50,171 nucleotides of DNA from Gaiellaceae bacterium (GCA_035317565.1 DATHGN010000086.1:1-50171); one strand, 5' to 3'; shown: positions 16,402 through 24,359, counted from the stretch's first letter. Numbers and translations: made by a program. The notes: generated by a model from the letters alone, not told the origin.

Positions 16402-16424
16402 CGCGTCATACGGATGGCATGAAT
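16402..16424 (-). promoter_or_regulatory. dyad box d (ATTCATGCCATCCGTATGACGCG), with CATAGT hexamer at 16378-16383
   Basis: Same 21-nt ATGAC-to-hexamer spacing. About 150-nt leader to the GFA start. Confidence 0.5.
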
Positions 16425-17176
16425 CAGGCATCCACTACGAGGGGACGTCTTCCAAAGCACCCGGCTGGGTGCTCTCTCACACCAGCAAGTCTCCCGACGA
16501 GACGGCGGCGCAATCCCGGCCCGGAGTGCATGCCAGGTGTTTACGCATCTCTCAGGGCCAGACTCTCGTCGGATTTGGGGCCCCAGGGAAGGAGTCCCAC
16601 TTGCTCGGCGTCCCGCGGGGGTGCCCGGGGGATGGCTCCTCGGACCCAAGGATGGGACCCCGAACGCCCGAGGCCTTGCGCGGGGGATGCCCCCCGTCTG
16701 GGACTCCGGCGCGCTCGAGTCCACGCTAGGCGGAAGCGTGCAAGTCGGGTGGCGCCGGAGTGACGGTCAGCAAGCGGATCGACCCGAAAACGCTGACCCT
16801 TTGATGACCCGCGCTCCGTAAACGCTCAAGCCGAGTGCGTTTGAGGAACAACCCTTTGCACGCTGAGTAGAAGACACGTAGGTGCCCCGCTAGGCACCGC
16901 TTCGTCAGGGTCAACAGGACGCTAAGGGGCCGCGTCACTCTGCTGACATGTCCCGCTCAAAGGCCGCCCTCTTCGCCGCTTTACACGGGATCGGGCAAGG
17001 CTCTCGTTCACCGGGCGGCCATCGATAGCTACCGATGGCACTACAAGCAACTACTTAAGCCGAGCCGGCACTTCCGCAAGCCGATCTCCAAGATCTCAAC
17101 CAACGACGTCGCGGCCTTCATCCTCGACCTCAAGAAGTACCGCAAGGCTAACGGCGAGCCGCTGAAGGGGTGGACA

Positions 17177-17995
17177 ATGCGAGGAGCAGTGAGCGTGCTT
17201 TCCGGGATCCTCACGGAGGCGGTCGAGCAAGGCGTCCTTGCTTCGAACCCAGTGCAGAAGGTCTCAAAGAAGAAACGTGAAAGACTCGGCGACGAATCGC
17301 CGAAGCGGGTCTTGACTGCGGATGAAATCGAGCAGCTCGTCGGCGCCGCTGAGCAACGCGGCATCCGTTGGGCAGTGCTCGTCGCGCTCGGCGTGTACGC
17401 AGGCCTTCGGCTCGGCGAAGCCCTCGGCGTTCGGTGGCAAGACATCGATCTCGATACGGGAATGATCCACGTTCGCAGGCAACGCGACTCAAAGACTGGC
17501 GCCTCCCGCGACCTGAAGACCAATGCTGCCAAGCGCGAAATCCCTATCGCCTCCCCACTCCGCCGCCGCCTGGTCGAGTGGAAGCTGCAGAGCAATCATG
17601 CGAAAGAGCACGATACGGTCGTCTCCACTGTCACGGGCCTATCGATCTCACAACGCAACGGCCTCCGCGCGCTCTGTGCGATCGCCGAGTCATGCGCGAT
17701 AAATGTTCCGCGCAACAAGGAAACGGCGGAGCGACCCAATCTTGACTTCCATTCCCTGAGGCACACCTTCGCCTCAGCGATGATCAAGGCCACAAAGGGA
17801 GACGCCGAAAAGGTGCGACGTTGGATGGGACACGCCGACACCAAGGTGCTGCTCGAGCGCTACTCACATGAATTTGAGTCCGTGCGTGGAGGCCGAAGAA
17901 TCGAGGCCGACATTGCCGAAATGGACGCTGCTTACGGTGGCTCTCCCACTCTACGGCCGGTCGCAGCTTCCGCACCACGGCCGGCGCCCGGTTAG
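17177..17995 (+). CDS. tyrosine recombinase/integrase, apparently 5'-truncated
   Basis: Catalytic region AGLRLGEALGVRW...HSLRHTFAS...GHADTKVLLERYSH. Core-binding-domain-like sequence (SYRWHYKQLLKPSRHFRKPISKISTNDVAAFILDL) continues in frame upstream to about 16982, with no ATG/GTG/TTG before 17177. Confidence 0.85.
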   Translation: MRGAVSVLSGILTEAVEQGVLASNPVQKVSKKKRERLGDESPKRVLTADEIEQLVGAAEQRGIRWAVLVALGVYAGLRLGEALGVRWQDIDLDTGMIHVRRQRDSKTGASRDLKTNAAKREIPIASPLRRRLVEWKLQSNHAKEHDTVVSTVTGLSISQRNGLRALCAIAESCAINVPRNKETAERPNLDFHSLRHTFASAMIKATKGDAEKVRRWMGHADTKVLLERYSHEFESVRGGRRIEADIAEMDAAYGGSPTLRPVAASAPRPAPG

Positions 17996-18010
17996 CGAGC
18001 AGACTCTGTC

Positions 18011-18031
18011 GCGGGAGTAATCGAACCCGCG
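18011..18031 (-). repeat. tRNA T-arm-like fragment (degenerate copy of 19012-19037)
   Basis: GCGGGAGTAATCGAACCCGCG against GCGGGAATCGAACCCGCG at 19 kb, 16 nt after the integrase stop. Confidence 0.4.
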
Positions 18032-18179
18032 CAACGTTTCCCTCGTGCCTATGCGCCTGAAACGCGAACGTGCGATGGCCAGCGCGTGCTAAGCGCGCAC
18101 GCCGCAATGAGCCGCGTAGAAAGGCCTAGCTAACTTCCGACTGCGGCACCCGGCATGCCAGAGGCGAGGGCGAGATCGG

Positions 18180-18974
18180 TCACCGCTCTGCAAGGTATGC
18201 GTATCGCGACAGGCGTCGCTCGTGTGCGAGAAGGTGACAAACTGCTAGGAAGCGCTGAACGCCTTCGAACGTCGACTCCCCCTCATCGGCCACCAGTTCA
18301 TCGTGGGATTGCGCGCGGGCAGTGTGCCAGCGACCGGCCATCGAGGCCATATTCTCGGTCAGGTCTTCGCGGCGGATGACTTCGAATCCAGCGCTGGAGA
18401 GCAGCTCCTCGTTTACCGACTGGGCCGAGAAGACGTAGATTCCCACGGCGCTTCGGGTTGCAATCTCGGCGTCGGTGACGAGACCTGTAACGATCGTCGG
18501 GTCGGTGAAGAGAACCCGCGCGCCGGGTGCGGTGACGCGGCGCCACTCGCGGAGGATGTCGGCGCGGTTGGGGAGGTGACACATCACATCAATCGAGATG
18601 ACGGCGTCAAAGCTCTGATCGTCGAACGGCAGGCGAGCTCCGGCATCGACGCGGACAAAACGGGCACGATCGCCGAGCCCGCGCTCCTCGGCGAGTCGAG
18701 TCGCTGTGACGATGCCCTCCTCGAGGAGGTCGATCCCGACGACGCTCGCCCCCTTGGTCTTCGCAAGGTGGAGAGCGGGGCCGCCCGACCCGCAGCCCAC
18801 GTCGAGCAGGCGTGATCCGTCACCGAGAGCGAGCCACTGCGCAAAACACTCGAGCTCGTCGGACGTAACCCAACCGGATTGCCCGAGGTCGTCGCCATAT
18901 GTCGCGCGACGGACCTGGTCGCGAGCGGTGAAACCCGCGTATGCGGACGCATACAGAGGGACATGCTCACCCAC
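18180..18974 (-). CDS. class I SAM-dependent methyltransferase (small-molecule type)
   Basis: Motif I LDVGCGSGGPALHL. Downstream motifs DAVISIDVMCHL and GARVLFTDP. Confidence 0.85.
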   Translation of the reverse strand: MGEHVPLYASAYAGFTARDQVRRATYGDDLGQSGWVTSDELECFAQWLALGDGSRLLDVGCGSGGPALHLAKTKGASVVGIDLLEEGIVTATRLAEERGLGDRARFVRVDAGARLPFDDQSFDAVISIDVMCHLPNRADILREWRRVTAPGARVLFTDPTIVTGLVTDAEIATRSAVGIYVFSAQSVNEELLSSAGFEVIRREDLTENMASMAGRWHTARAQSHDELVADEGESTFEGVQRFLAVCHLLAHERRLSRYAYLAER

Positions 18975-19011
18975 GCGTTTACCTTAGTACTTCCCTTGCA
19001 AGCGCCCTCGA

Positions 19012-19037
19012 AGCGATGGAATGGAGGCGGCGGGAAT
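19012..19037 (-). other. orphan tmRNA/tRNA-Ala-like 3' end (T-arm plus acceptor strand only)
   Basis: Minus strand reads ACGCGGGTTCGATTCCCGCCGCCTCCA: T-stem GCGGG/CCCGC, loop TTCGATT, acceptor strand CGCCTCC (U70-compatible), discriminator A. No matching 5' acceptor strand or anticodon arm upstream. Confidence 0.45.
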
Positions 19038-19074
19038 CGAACCCGCGTAAGATTTCAATCGGGAGAGCGTCCCT

Positions 19075-20940
19075 CTATCCAGCCAGAGTATCGCGCGTGA
19101 CTTGCTGGATTTGGACGCCCATCCGTGCTGCCGGGATCGCGATTACATCCGCAACGCCCCCCGTCGCGGCATCGATCTTGTGCGCAAGTGACGAGGTGCG
19201 AAGATTCAGCGGCGCGGAGACGAGAAGGTGATCTCGGGCTCGTGTCACGCCGACGTAGGCACGACGGATGCCATCTGCGACGTCGCCGCCAGCAGTGAAG
19301 CTAGCTGTCAAGGCGGTTGCTAAGAACACGACCGGAGCTTGGAGGCCTTTCGCGCCAAAGATGGTCATGACTGGCACGGAGCCGGGCATCTCAGCAGGAT
19401 CCGTCTGACTGTCCTCCGAGCGGTCAACGATCCGCTGGAACAATTGAGATGCTGAGCCAGCGTCGGCTCCTGCTGCGAATTCGGTGACGACCGAGAGGTC
19501 AAGGTCGGTTAGCACTAGTTCTCCCGCGAGAAGCTCGACAACATCGACCGCCCCAATCTCTTGCTCCCCACCAAACTGGGCTAACAGAGCGTCTCCCGCG
19601 GCAAGCGGTCGCGCACAAACATCATCCGACTCAGCTACGGAGCGAAGGCAGCGGAGGTAAGTGGCCTCTCCGGCTCCGAGAATCCGCTTGAGGCGGGTAG
19701 GCCCAAGCCCAGGGGTTTCGGCCACGAGCCTTCTCCATGCCATCTGATCCTCAGCACTTATCAGCAGGCGAACACCGGCGCTCAGTAGACGTACGCCGGT
19801 GTCGCCTCCAAGAGGGTTGCGGCGTCTTGGATCGTAAAACGCGAAACCGAGGTTGTCGACTTGCTCAATCGCTTCGTTGAGTGCGCGCAAAAGGTCATCA
19901 ACGAAGCCGGCTGCCACGATGAGAATCTCGTTCGGGCTAATTCCTTCTGCGATGAACTCGCCACAGCGCTGGACGATCCAGCGCGCTTCGATTGCAGGGG
20001 TAGACGCGCCAATTAACTCGACTGTTCCTTCGTCTTCACGGCCTTCCCACGGCTCCAAGGCGGGCCGGTCGAGCCCCTCTAGGGCGGGCAGCGCCTCTGC
20101 CATTCGATTGGCGAGATCACACACGGCCTGCGGACAGCGCGAGGAGCGCCACAGGTAGTCCGGCGCCTCTAATCCGTAGACCTCCGGGAAGCGGTGGAGT
20201 GCAAGCGGATCCGCGGCGCGAAAGCGGTAGATGGACTGGCGGTCGTCACCGCACGCCTCCACGACGGTGTTGAACTGCTCCTTGAACAGCTGCAAAAGAC
20301 GAAGCTCGCCGGGTGTGAAGTCCTGGTACTCGTCGCAGAGGATGTGAGTAGGCGGATCCGCGAGATCGGCACCCTGGTCGATTAGCCGAATCAGGTCGAA
20401 GGCCAGCTCGTCCATCAGCCTGTATCGAAAGAGTTCGCGTTGATGTTGGAAGACCTGAAAGAGCCTCTGCTCCTCGGGTGACATTTCCGCTGGCTCGGCT
20501 TGTTCAGCCCGGAAAGCCGCACCAAGGCGCTGGATGAAATCCCCTATTCGGTCGCGGCGAATCGTGGCGCCGAATGCGAGTTGAGCACCCTGCTGCAAGT
20601 CGAGTCGAACGAGATCGTCCACATCATCTGGTGCAACCACCCGCCGATCCCAAGCCTCGCCCAGTCGGTTTAGCCAAGTTAACGCGAACGAGTGGAACGT
20701 CTGTGCTCGCCCGTACGGCACACGTTCTGCCAAGCTCTCGACAAGCGACCGCGTTAGCGTCAGCAGCGCGATCCCATCTGGATCGACGCCGCATTGTTCG
20801 ACGAGGAACCGAGCGCGGCACTCAATAGTGAAGGTCTTCCCCGTCCCCGGCCCGGCGACAAGAAGCGCATGCTCGGTGGCGTCGCGCTCGATGAAGCGAC
20901 GCTGCTCAGGGAGGGGTTCGGGAACACCCACGGGCGGCAC
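19075..20940 (-). CDS. UvrD/Rep/PcrA-like superfamily 1 helicase
   Basis: 621 aa. Walker A AGPGTGKT, DEYQD, late motif YVGVTRAR. No recognisable nuclease extension at either end. Confidence 0.85.
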   Translation of the reverse strand: MPPVGVPEPLPEQRRFIERDATEHALLVAGPGTGKTFTIECRARFLVEQCGVDPDGIALLTLTRSLVESLAERVPYGRAQTFHSFALTWLNRLGEAWDRRVVAPDDVDDLVRLDLQQGAQLAFGATIRRDRIGDFIQRLGAAFRAEQAEPAEMSPEEQRLFQVFQHQRELFRYRLMDELAFDLIRLIDQGADLADPPTHILCDEYQDFTPGELRLLQLFKEQFNTVVEACGDDRQSIYRFRAADPLALHRFPEVYGLEAPDYLWRSSRCPQAVCDLANRMAEALPALEGLDRPALEPWEGREDEGTVELIGASTPAIEARWIVQRCGEFIAEGISPNEILIVAAGFVDDLLRALNEAIEQVDNLGFAFYDPRRRNPLGGDTGVRLLSAGVRLLISAEDQMAWRRLVAETPGLGPTRLKRILGAGEATYLRCLRSVAESDDVCARPLAAGDALLAQFGGEQEIGAVDVVELLAGELVLTDLDLSVVTEFAAGADAGSASQLFQRIVDRSEDSQTDPAEMPGSVPVMTIFGAKGLQAPVVFLATALTASFTAGGDVADGIRRAYVGVTRARDHLLVSAPLNLRTSSLAHKIDAATGGVADVIAIPAARMGVQIQQVTRDTLAG

Positions 20941-21131
20941 GGTACGGCCGGAGCATTACCGGAGTCAACGCCGGGAGGGTTCTTTCTTACGCGAGCATGA
21001 CTCCCCGACACCCGCCGATCGGGGGTCACGCGCAGCGCCGACTAGGGGCCTGGAGCACACGCGGAGGCTTTTGCTGACCCACGCGCTGACCCAAGCGCCG
21101 AATCTGCCTCTCCCGCCGTCAGTCGCGGCAA

Positions 21132-21157
21132 CAAAAAAGGCCCCATTCCGGGGCCTT
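21132..21157 (-). terminator. intrinsic terminator 3' of tRNA-Gly
   Basis: Stem AAGGCCCC/GGGGCCTT, loop ATTCC, then TTTTTT on the minus strand, 7 nt after the tRNA 3' end. Confidence 0.7.
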
Positions 21158-21164
21158 CACGAAG

Positions 21165-21238
21165 AGCGGATGATGGGACTCGAACCCACGACCTTCTGCA
21201 TGGCAAGCAGACGCTCTAGCCAACTGAGCTACATCCGC
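21165..21238 (-). tRNA. tRNA-Gly (anticodon GCC)
   Basis: Manual cloverleaf: GCGGATG TA GCTC AGTTGGCTA GAGC G TCTGC TTGCCAT GCAGA AGGTC GTGGG TTCGAGT CCCAT CATCCGC T. CCA is not encoded. Confidence 0.93.
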
Positions 21239-21258
21239 GAACGACGGCCAGTATAGCC

Positions 21259-21660
21259 TCAGGCTTCGGCGTCCAGAGCCTCGTTCACGAGCCGGTCGGC
21301 CAGCTCGTTGTGGGCCCGGCGCACCGCGGTATAGCGCACGCGGCCGAGCTTCTTCTCCAGATCCGAGGCCTCCTCCCAGAGCTCACGCAACGCCTCGTTC
21401 TTGACCTTGTATTCGCCCCGCATCTGCTTCACGAGGAGCTCTGAGTCCGAGACCACATCCAGCTCGCGGATGCCAAGCTCCGCGGCCTTCGCGAGGCCGG
21501 CGACCAGGCCGCTGTACTCCGCGACATTGTTCGTCGCGCGACCGATCGCCTCGCCGTGCGCCGCCAGCACGTGCCCATCCTCTGCCTCGAGCACGTAGCC
21601 GTACGCCGCCGGACCGGGATTGCCACGCGCGCCGCCGTCCGTAAAGAGCTTCGCTTTCAC
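21259..21660 (-). CDS. rnhA: ribonuclease HI
   Basis: 133 aa with DGGARGNPGPAAYG, NNVAEYSGL, SDSELLVKQM, NELADRL. The GTG start overlaps the upstream stop (GTGA). Confidence 0.85.
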   Translation of the reverse strand: MKAKLFTDGGARGNPGPAAYGYVLEAEDGHVLAAHGEAIGRATNNVAEYSGLVAGLAKAAELGIRELDVVSDSELLVKQMRGEYKVKNEALRELWEEASDLEKKLGRVRYTAVRRAHNELADRLVNEALDAEA

Positions 21661-22028
21661 AGCAGCGCATAGACGTCGAACGCCGGCTCCTCGTACGGAT
21701 GCGCCGAACGGAGAGCCGCGATCACATCTGCCTGCCGCTCTTCCGGGAAGACCGTCTCGAGCCGCAGCTCGGCAACTCGCTGCTCACGCCCGGCTTCACC
21801 GATCGCCGGGCTCGTTCCCTCCCCGCCGAGAAACGTGCCCGTCCCCTGCGTGTACCAGGAGCAATGCTCGTACTCACCGATGCGCCCGGCACCCGCGTCG
21901 AAGAGGGCGCTGCGGACGGCGTCGAGCGCCTCACGCGGAACGAAGACGACGAGTTTGCGGTTCAGATCTCGGTATCGATCTGCGCCTTCTGCAGCTTGCC
22001 GCTGTAGTCGACGTAGATCGATTTCCAT
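21657..22028 (-). CDS. stand-alone NIF3/YqfO insert-domain-like protein (start uncertain)
   Basis: KLVVFVPREALDAVRSALFDAGAGRIGEYEHCSWYTQGTGTFLGGEGTSPAIGE...AHPYEEPAFDVYALL. The nearest in-frame start, MEIDL at 22028, overlaps the ALDH 3' end. Confidence 0.6.
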   Translation of the reverse strand: MEIDLRRLQRQAAEGADRYRDLNRKLVVFVPREALDAVRSALFDAGAGRIGEYEHCSWYTQGTGTFLGGEGTSPAIGEAGREQRVAELRLETVFPEERQADVIAALRSAHPYEEPAFDVYALL

Positions 22029-23461
22029 TCCGTGAAGACGTCGAGCGCGGCCTGCCCGGCCTCGCGATGGCCGTTGCCCGTGTCCTTGGTGCCGCCGAAG
22101 GGCAGGTGCACCTCGGCGCCGATCGTGCCTGCATTGATGTACGTGATGCCTGCCTGCAGGTCGCGCATGGCGCGAAAGGCTTTGTTGACGTCGTGTGTGA
22201 AGATCGACGACGAGAGGCCGTACTTGATCCCGTTCGAGACTTGGATCGCCTCGTCGAAGTCCCGCACGCGAATCAGCGCAGTCGTCGGGCCGAAGATCTC
22301 CTCCTGCGCAATGCGCATCTGCGGGTCGACGTCGCCGAAGATCGTCGGGCGGTAGAAGTTCCCCTTCTCGAAGCCGTTGCCGGTCGCGACCTCGCCCCCG
22401 GTCAGGAGCTTCGCGCCCTCGCCTTTGCCGATCTCCGTGTACGAGTGAATCTTCTCGAGCGCCTTGGAGTTGATCACCGGGCCGACGTCCGTGTCGTCTT
22501 CCCAGCCGGGCCCGAGGCGGAGCTTCTCCGCTGCATCGACGAGCCTGGACTGCAGCGCCTCGTAGACGCCGTCCTGCACGATCACACGCGACGCGGCCGT
22601 GCAGCGCTGGCCTGACGTGCCGAACGCGGACCACACGATCCCGTCGGCCGCGAGCTCGAGGTCTGCGTCGTCGAGCACGATGATGGCGTTCTTGCCACCG
22701 AGCTCGAGGTGCACGTGCTTGAGGTTCTCTGCAGCGTTCCGCATCACCTCGACACCGGTCTCGCGCGAGCCGGTGAGCGTGATGACGGGGACGTCGGGAT
22801 GCCGCACGAGGCGGTCTCCGACCGCTCCGCCGCCTCCGTGCACGATGTTGATCACGCCGCTCGGCAGGCCTGCCTCGACGAGTAGCTCGACGAAGCGCTC
22901 ACCGAGCAGCGGCGTGTCGGTCGCCGGCTTGAAGACGACCGTGTTCCCGGAAATCAGGGCCGGCGTGATCTTCCACGAAGGAATCGCGATCGGGAAGTTC
23001 CACGGCGTGATCACACCGATCACACCGATCGGCATGCGGACGCTCATGTTGAACTTGTCGCGTAGCTCCGACGGCGTCGTCTGGCCGAACAGGCGCCTGC
23101 CTTCTCCGGCCATGTAGAGGCTCATGTCGATCGCCTCCTGGACGTCGCCGCCCGCCTCCGCCTTGACCTTCCCCATCTCGCGGGCCATCAGGTCCGTGAG
23201 CTCTTCCTTCTCCTCCATGAGGAGGTTCGCGAAGCGGTAGAGGATCTCGCCCCGCTTCGGCGCGGGCACGAGGCGCCAGTCCTCGTACGCCGCTTTCGCA
23301 GCCGCGACGGCGCGGTCGACGTCCTCCGGCGTCGAGCGCGGGAAAGTGCCGATCGTGTCGCCCGACGCGGGATTGACGCTCTCGAAGGTCTCGCCGGAGG
23401 CCGAGTCGACCCACTCGCCCCCGATGTAGTTCAGGAAGGTCTTCGTCCCCGTCAATGCCAC
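21962..23461 (-). CDS. NAD(P)-dependent aldehyde dehydrogenase
   Basis: Motifs ITPWNFP, FKPA, ELGGKNA, catalytic SGQRCTA, EEIFGP. Start trimmed to GTG 23461 to clear the upstream gene. Confidence 0.9.
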   Translation of the reverse strand: MALTGTKTFLNYIGGEWVDSASGETFESVNPASGDTIGTFPRSTPEDVDRAVAAAKAAYEDWRLVPAPKRGEILYRFANLLMEEKEELTDLMAREMGKVKAEAGGDVQEAIDMSLYMAGEGRRLFGQTTPSELRDKFNMSVRMPIGVIGVITPWNFPIAIPSWKITPALISGNTVVFKPATDTPLLGERFVELLVEAGLPSGVINIVHGGGGAVGDRLVRHPDVPVITLTGSRETGVEVMRNAAENLKHVHLELGGKNAIIVLDDADLELAADGIVWSAFGTSGQRCTAASRVIVQDGVYEALQSRLVDAAEKLRLGPGWEDDTDVGPVINSKALEKIHSYTEIGKGEGAKLLTGGEVATGNGFEKGNFYRPTIFGDVDPQMRIAQEEIFGPTTALIRVRDFDEAIQVSNGIKYGLSSSIFTHDVNKAFRAMRDLQAGITYINAGTIGAEVHLPFGGTKDTGNGHREAGQAALDVFTEWKSIYVDYSGKLQKAQIDTEI

Positions 23462-23471
23462 GGGGGCGAGT

Positions 23472-23705
23472 CTACTCAGAGGAGCCCTCCGTCTCGGGGA
23501 AGGTGCCGGGGATCCGGGCGCGGCGCCGGTCGCGGGTCTCCCGCTGCTCCGCGTACTTTGCGTCATCGGCGCCCTTGCGGTTCCTCCTGTCGGGCCCCTT
23601 GCGCCGGTCGATGATCACGGTGACGTTCGGGTTGTCCTTGTAGTACTCGACCATCTTGTCGTACAGCTCGTCGGCGAGCTCCGGCGGGATGACGCAATAG
23701 ATCAC
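23472..23705 (-). CDS. hypothetical small basic protein (77 aa)
   Basis: Structured N-terminal half (MIYCVIPPELADELYDKMVEYYKDNPNVTVIIDRR), Arg-rich tail. No family recognised. Confidence 0.5.
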   Translation of the reverse strand: MIYCVIPPELADELYDKMVEYYKDNPNVTVIIDRRKGPDRRNRKGADDAKYAEQRETRDRRRARIPGTFPETEGSSE

Positions 23706-23744
23706 GCTCTGATTGTAAGACCGACGCGGGTCGGCGCCAGAGCG

Positions 23745-24359
23745 TCAGAGGGGAGAGATCTCCGGCACGAGCCGGCCGTCCGGCTCGATCCGTGCGTTCC
23801 ACCGCTTGTAGCCACCGTCGAGATCGCCGAGCTCGTGGCCGCGCTCGGCCAGCCGGACCGGCTGCGCGGCCTCCGGCGTGACGCGGTACTGGTACCACGA
23901 GATGTCCCACGCGACGGTGACGACGAGCTCCCCCATCACGCCCGAGAGGGGAATGATGCTGGCGCGCGGCTCGCCGAGGCTCTTCGCGATGCCGCCGACC
24001 GTGCGGCGGTAGTCACTCGAGTTGAAGATGTCGGCCGCCTCCACCATCTGCTGTTCGGGAGCAGAGAGCCTGCGCAGAATCGGCTCGGAGACGACGGGAT
24101 CGTCCGGCGGCTGTCGCCTGGGATCGAAGAGGGACGCGAGACCGCGCCGGCGCTTGCGGCGCTGGCTCGGAACGGTCGGGGAAGTCGGGCTGCCTTCCTT
24201 GACCCAGCCGTAGTCGAGCGCGACCTCCTGACAGAGCGGACACACGTCGACGAACTCCTCGCCGTCGGGCGAGAACCGGATCGCGCGCTCGCCGGTCAGA
24301 AGCGTCCGCTCGCAGACCGCGCACACGCGCTTCACTGGGTGTCGGGCAACTTGTCTCAC
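23745..24359 (-). CDS. hypothetical protein with N-terminal CxxC...CxxC zinc-ribbon
   Basis: 204 aa. CAVCERTLL...VCPLCQ. Confidence 0.6.
   Translation of the reverse strand: MRQVARHPVKRVCAVCERTLLTGERAIRFSPDGEEFVDVCPLCQEVALDYGWVKEGSPTSPTVPSQRRKRRRGLASLFDPRRQPPDDPVVSEPILRRLSAPEQQMVEAADIFNSSDYRRTVGGIAKSLGEPRASIIPLSGVMGELVVTVAWDISWYQYRVTPEAAQPVRLAERGHELGDLDGGYKRWNARIEPDGRLVPEISPL

Larger units (their letters stand above)
3093..21209. mobile_element. ~18-kb tRNA-Gly-associated genomic island (probably immobilised)
   Basis: Bounded by the 45-bp direct repeats. Contains a tyrosine recombinase, a helicase, gene remnants and duplicated modules. Confidence 0.7.

Noticed and set aside
16248-16724. 158-aa minus-strand ORF and overlapping plus-strand ORFs
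   Set aside because: The translations are Pro/Arg/Gly/Ser-rich and repetitive, and every frame looks equally poor. The stretch is treated as non-coding.
19012-19100. A complete tRNA gene on the minus strand
   Set aside because: Only the T-arm and the 3' acceptor strand fold. No complementary 5' acceptor strand or anticodon arm is present, and the region runs into the helicase stop codon.
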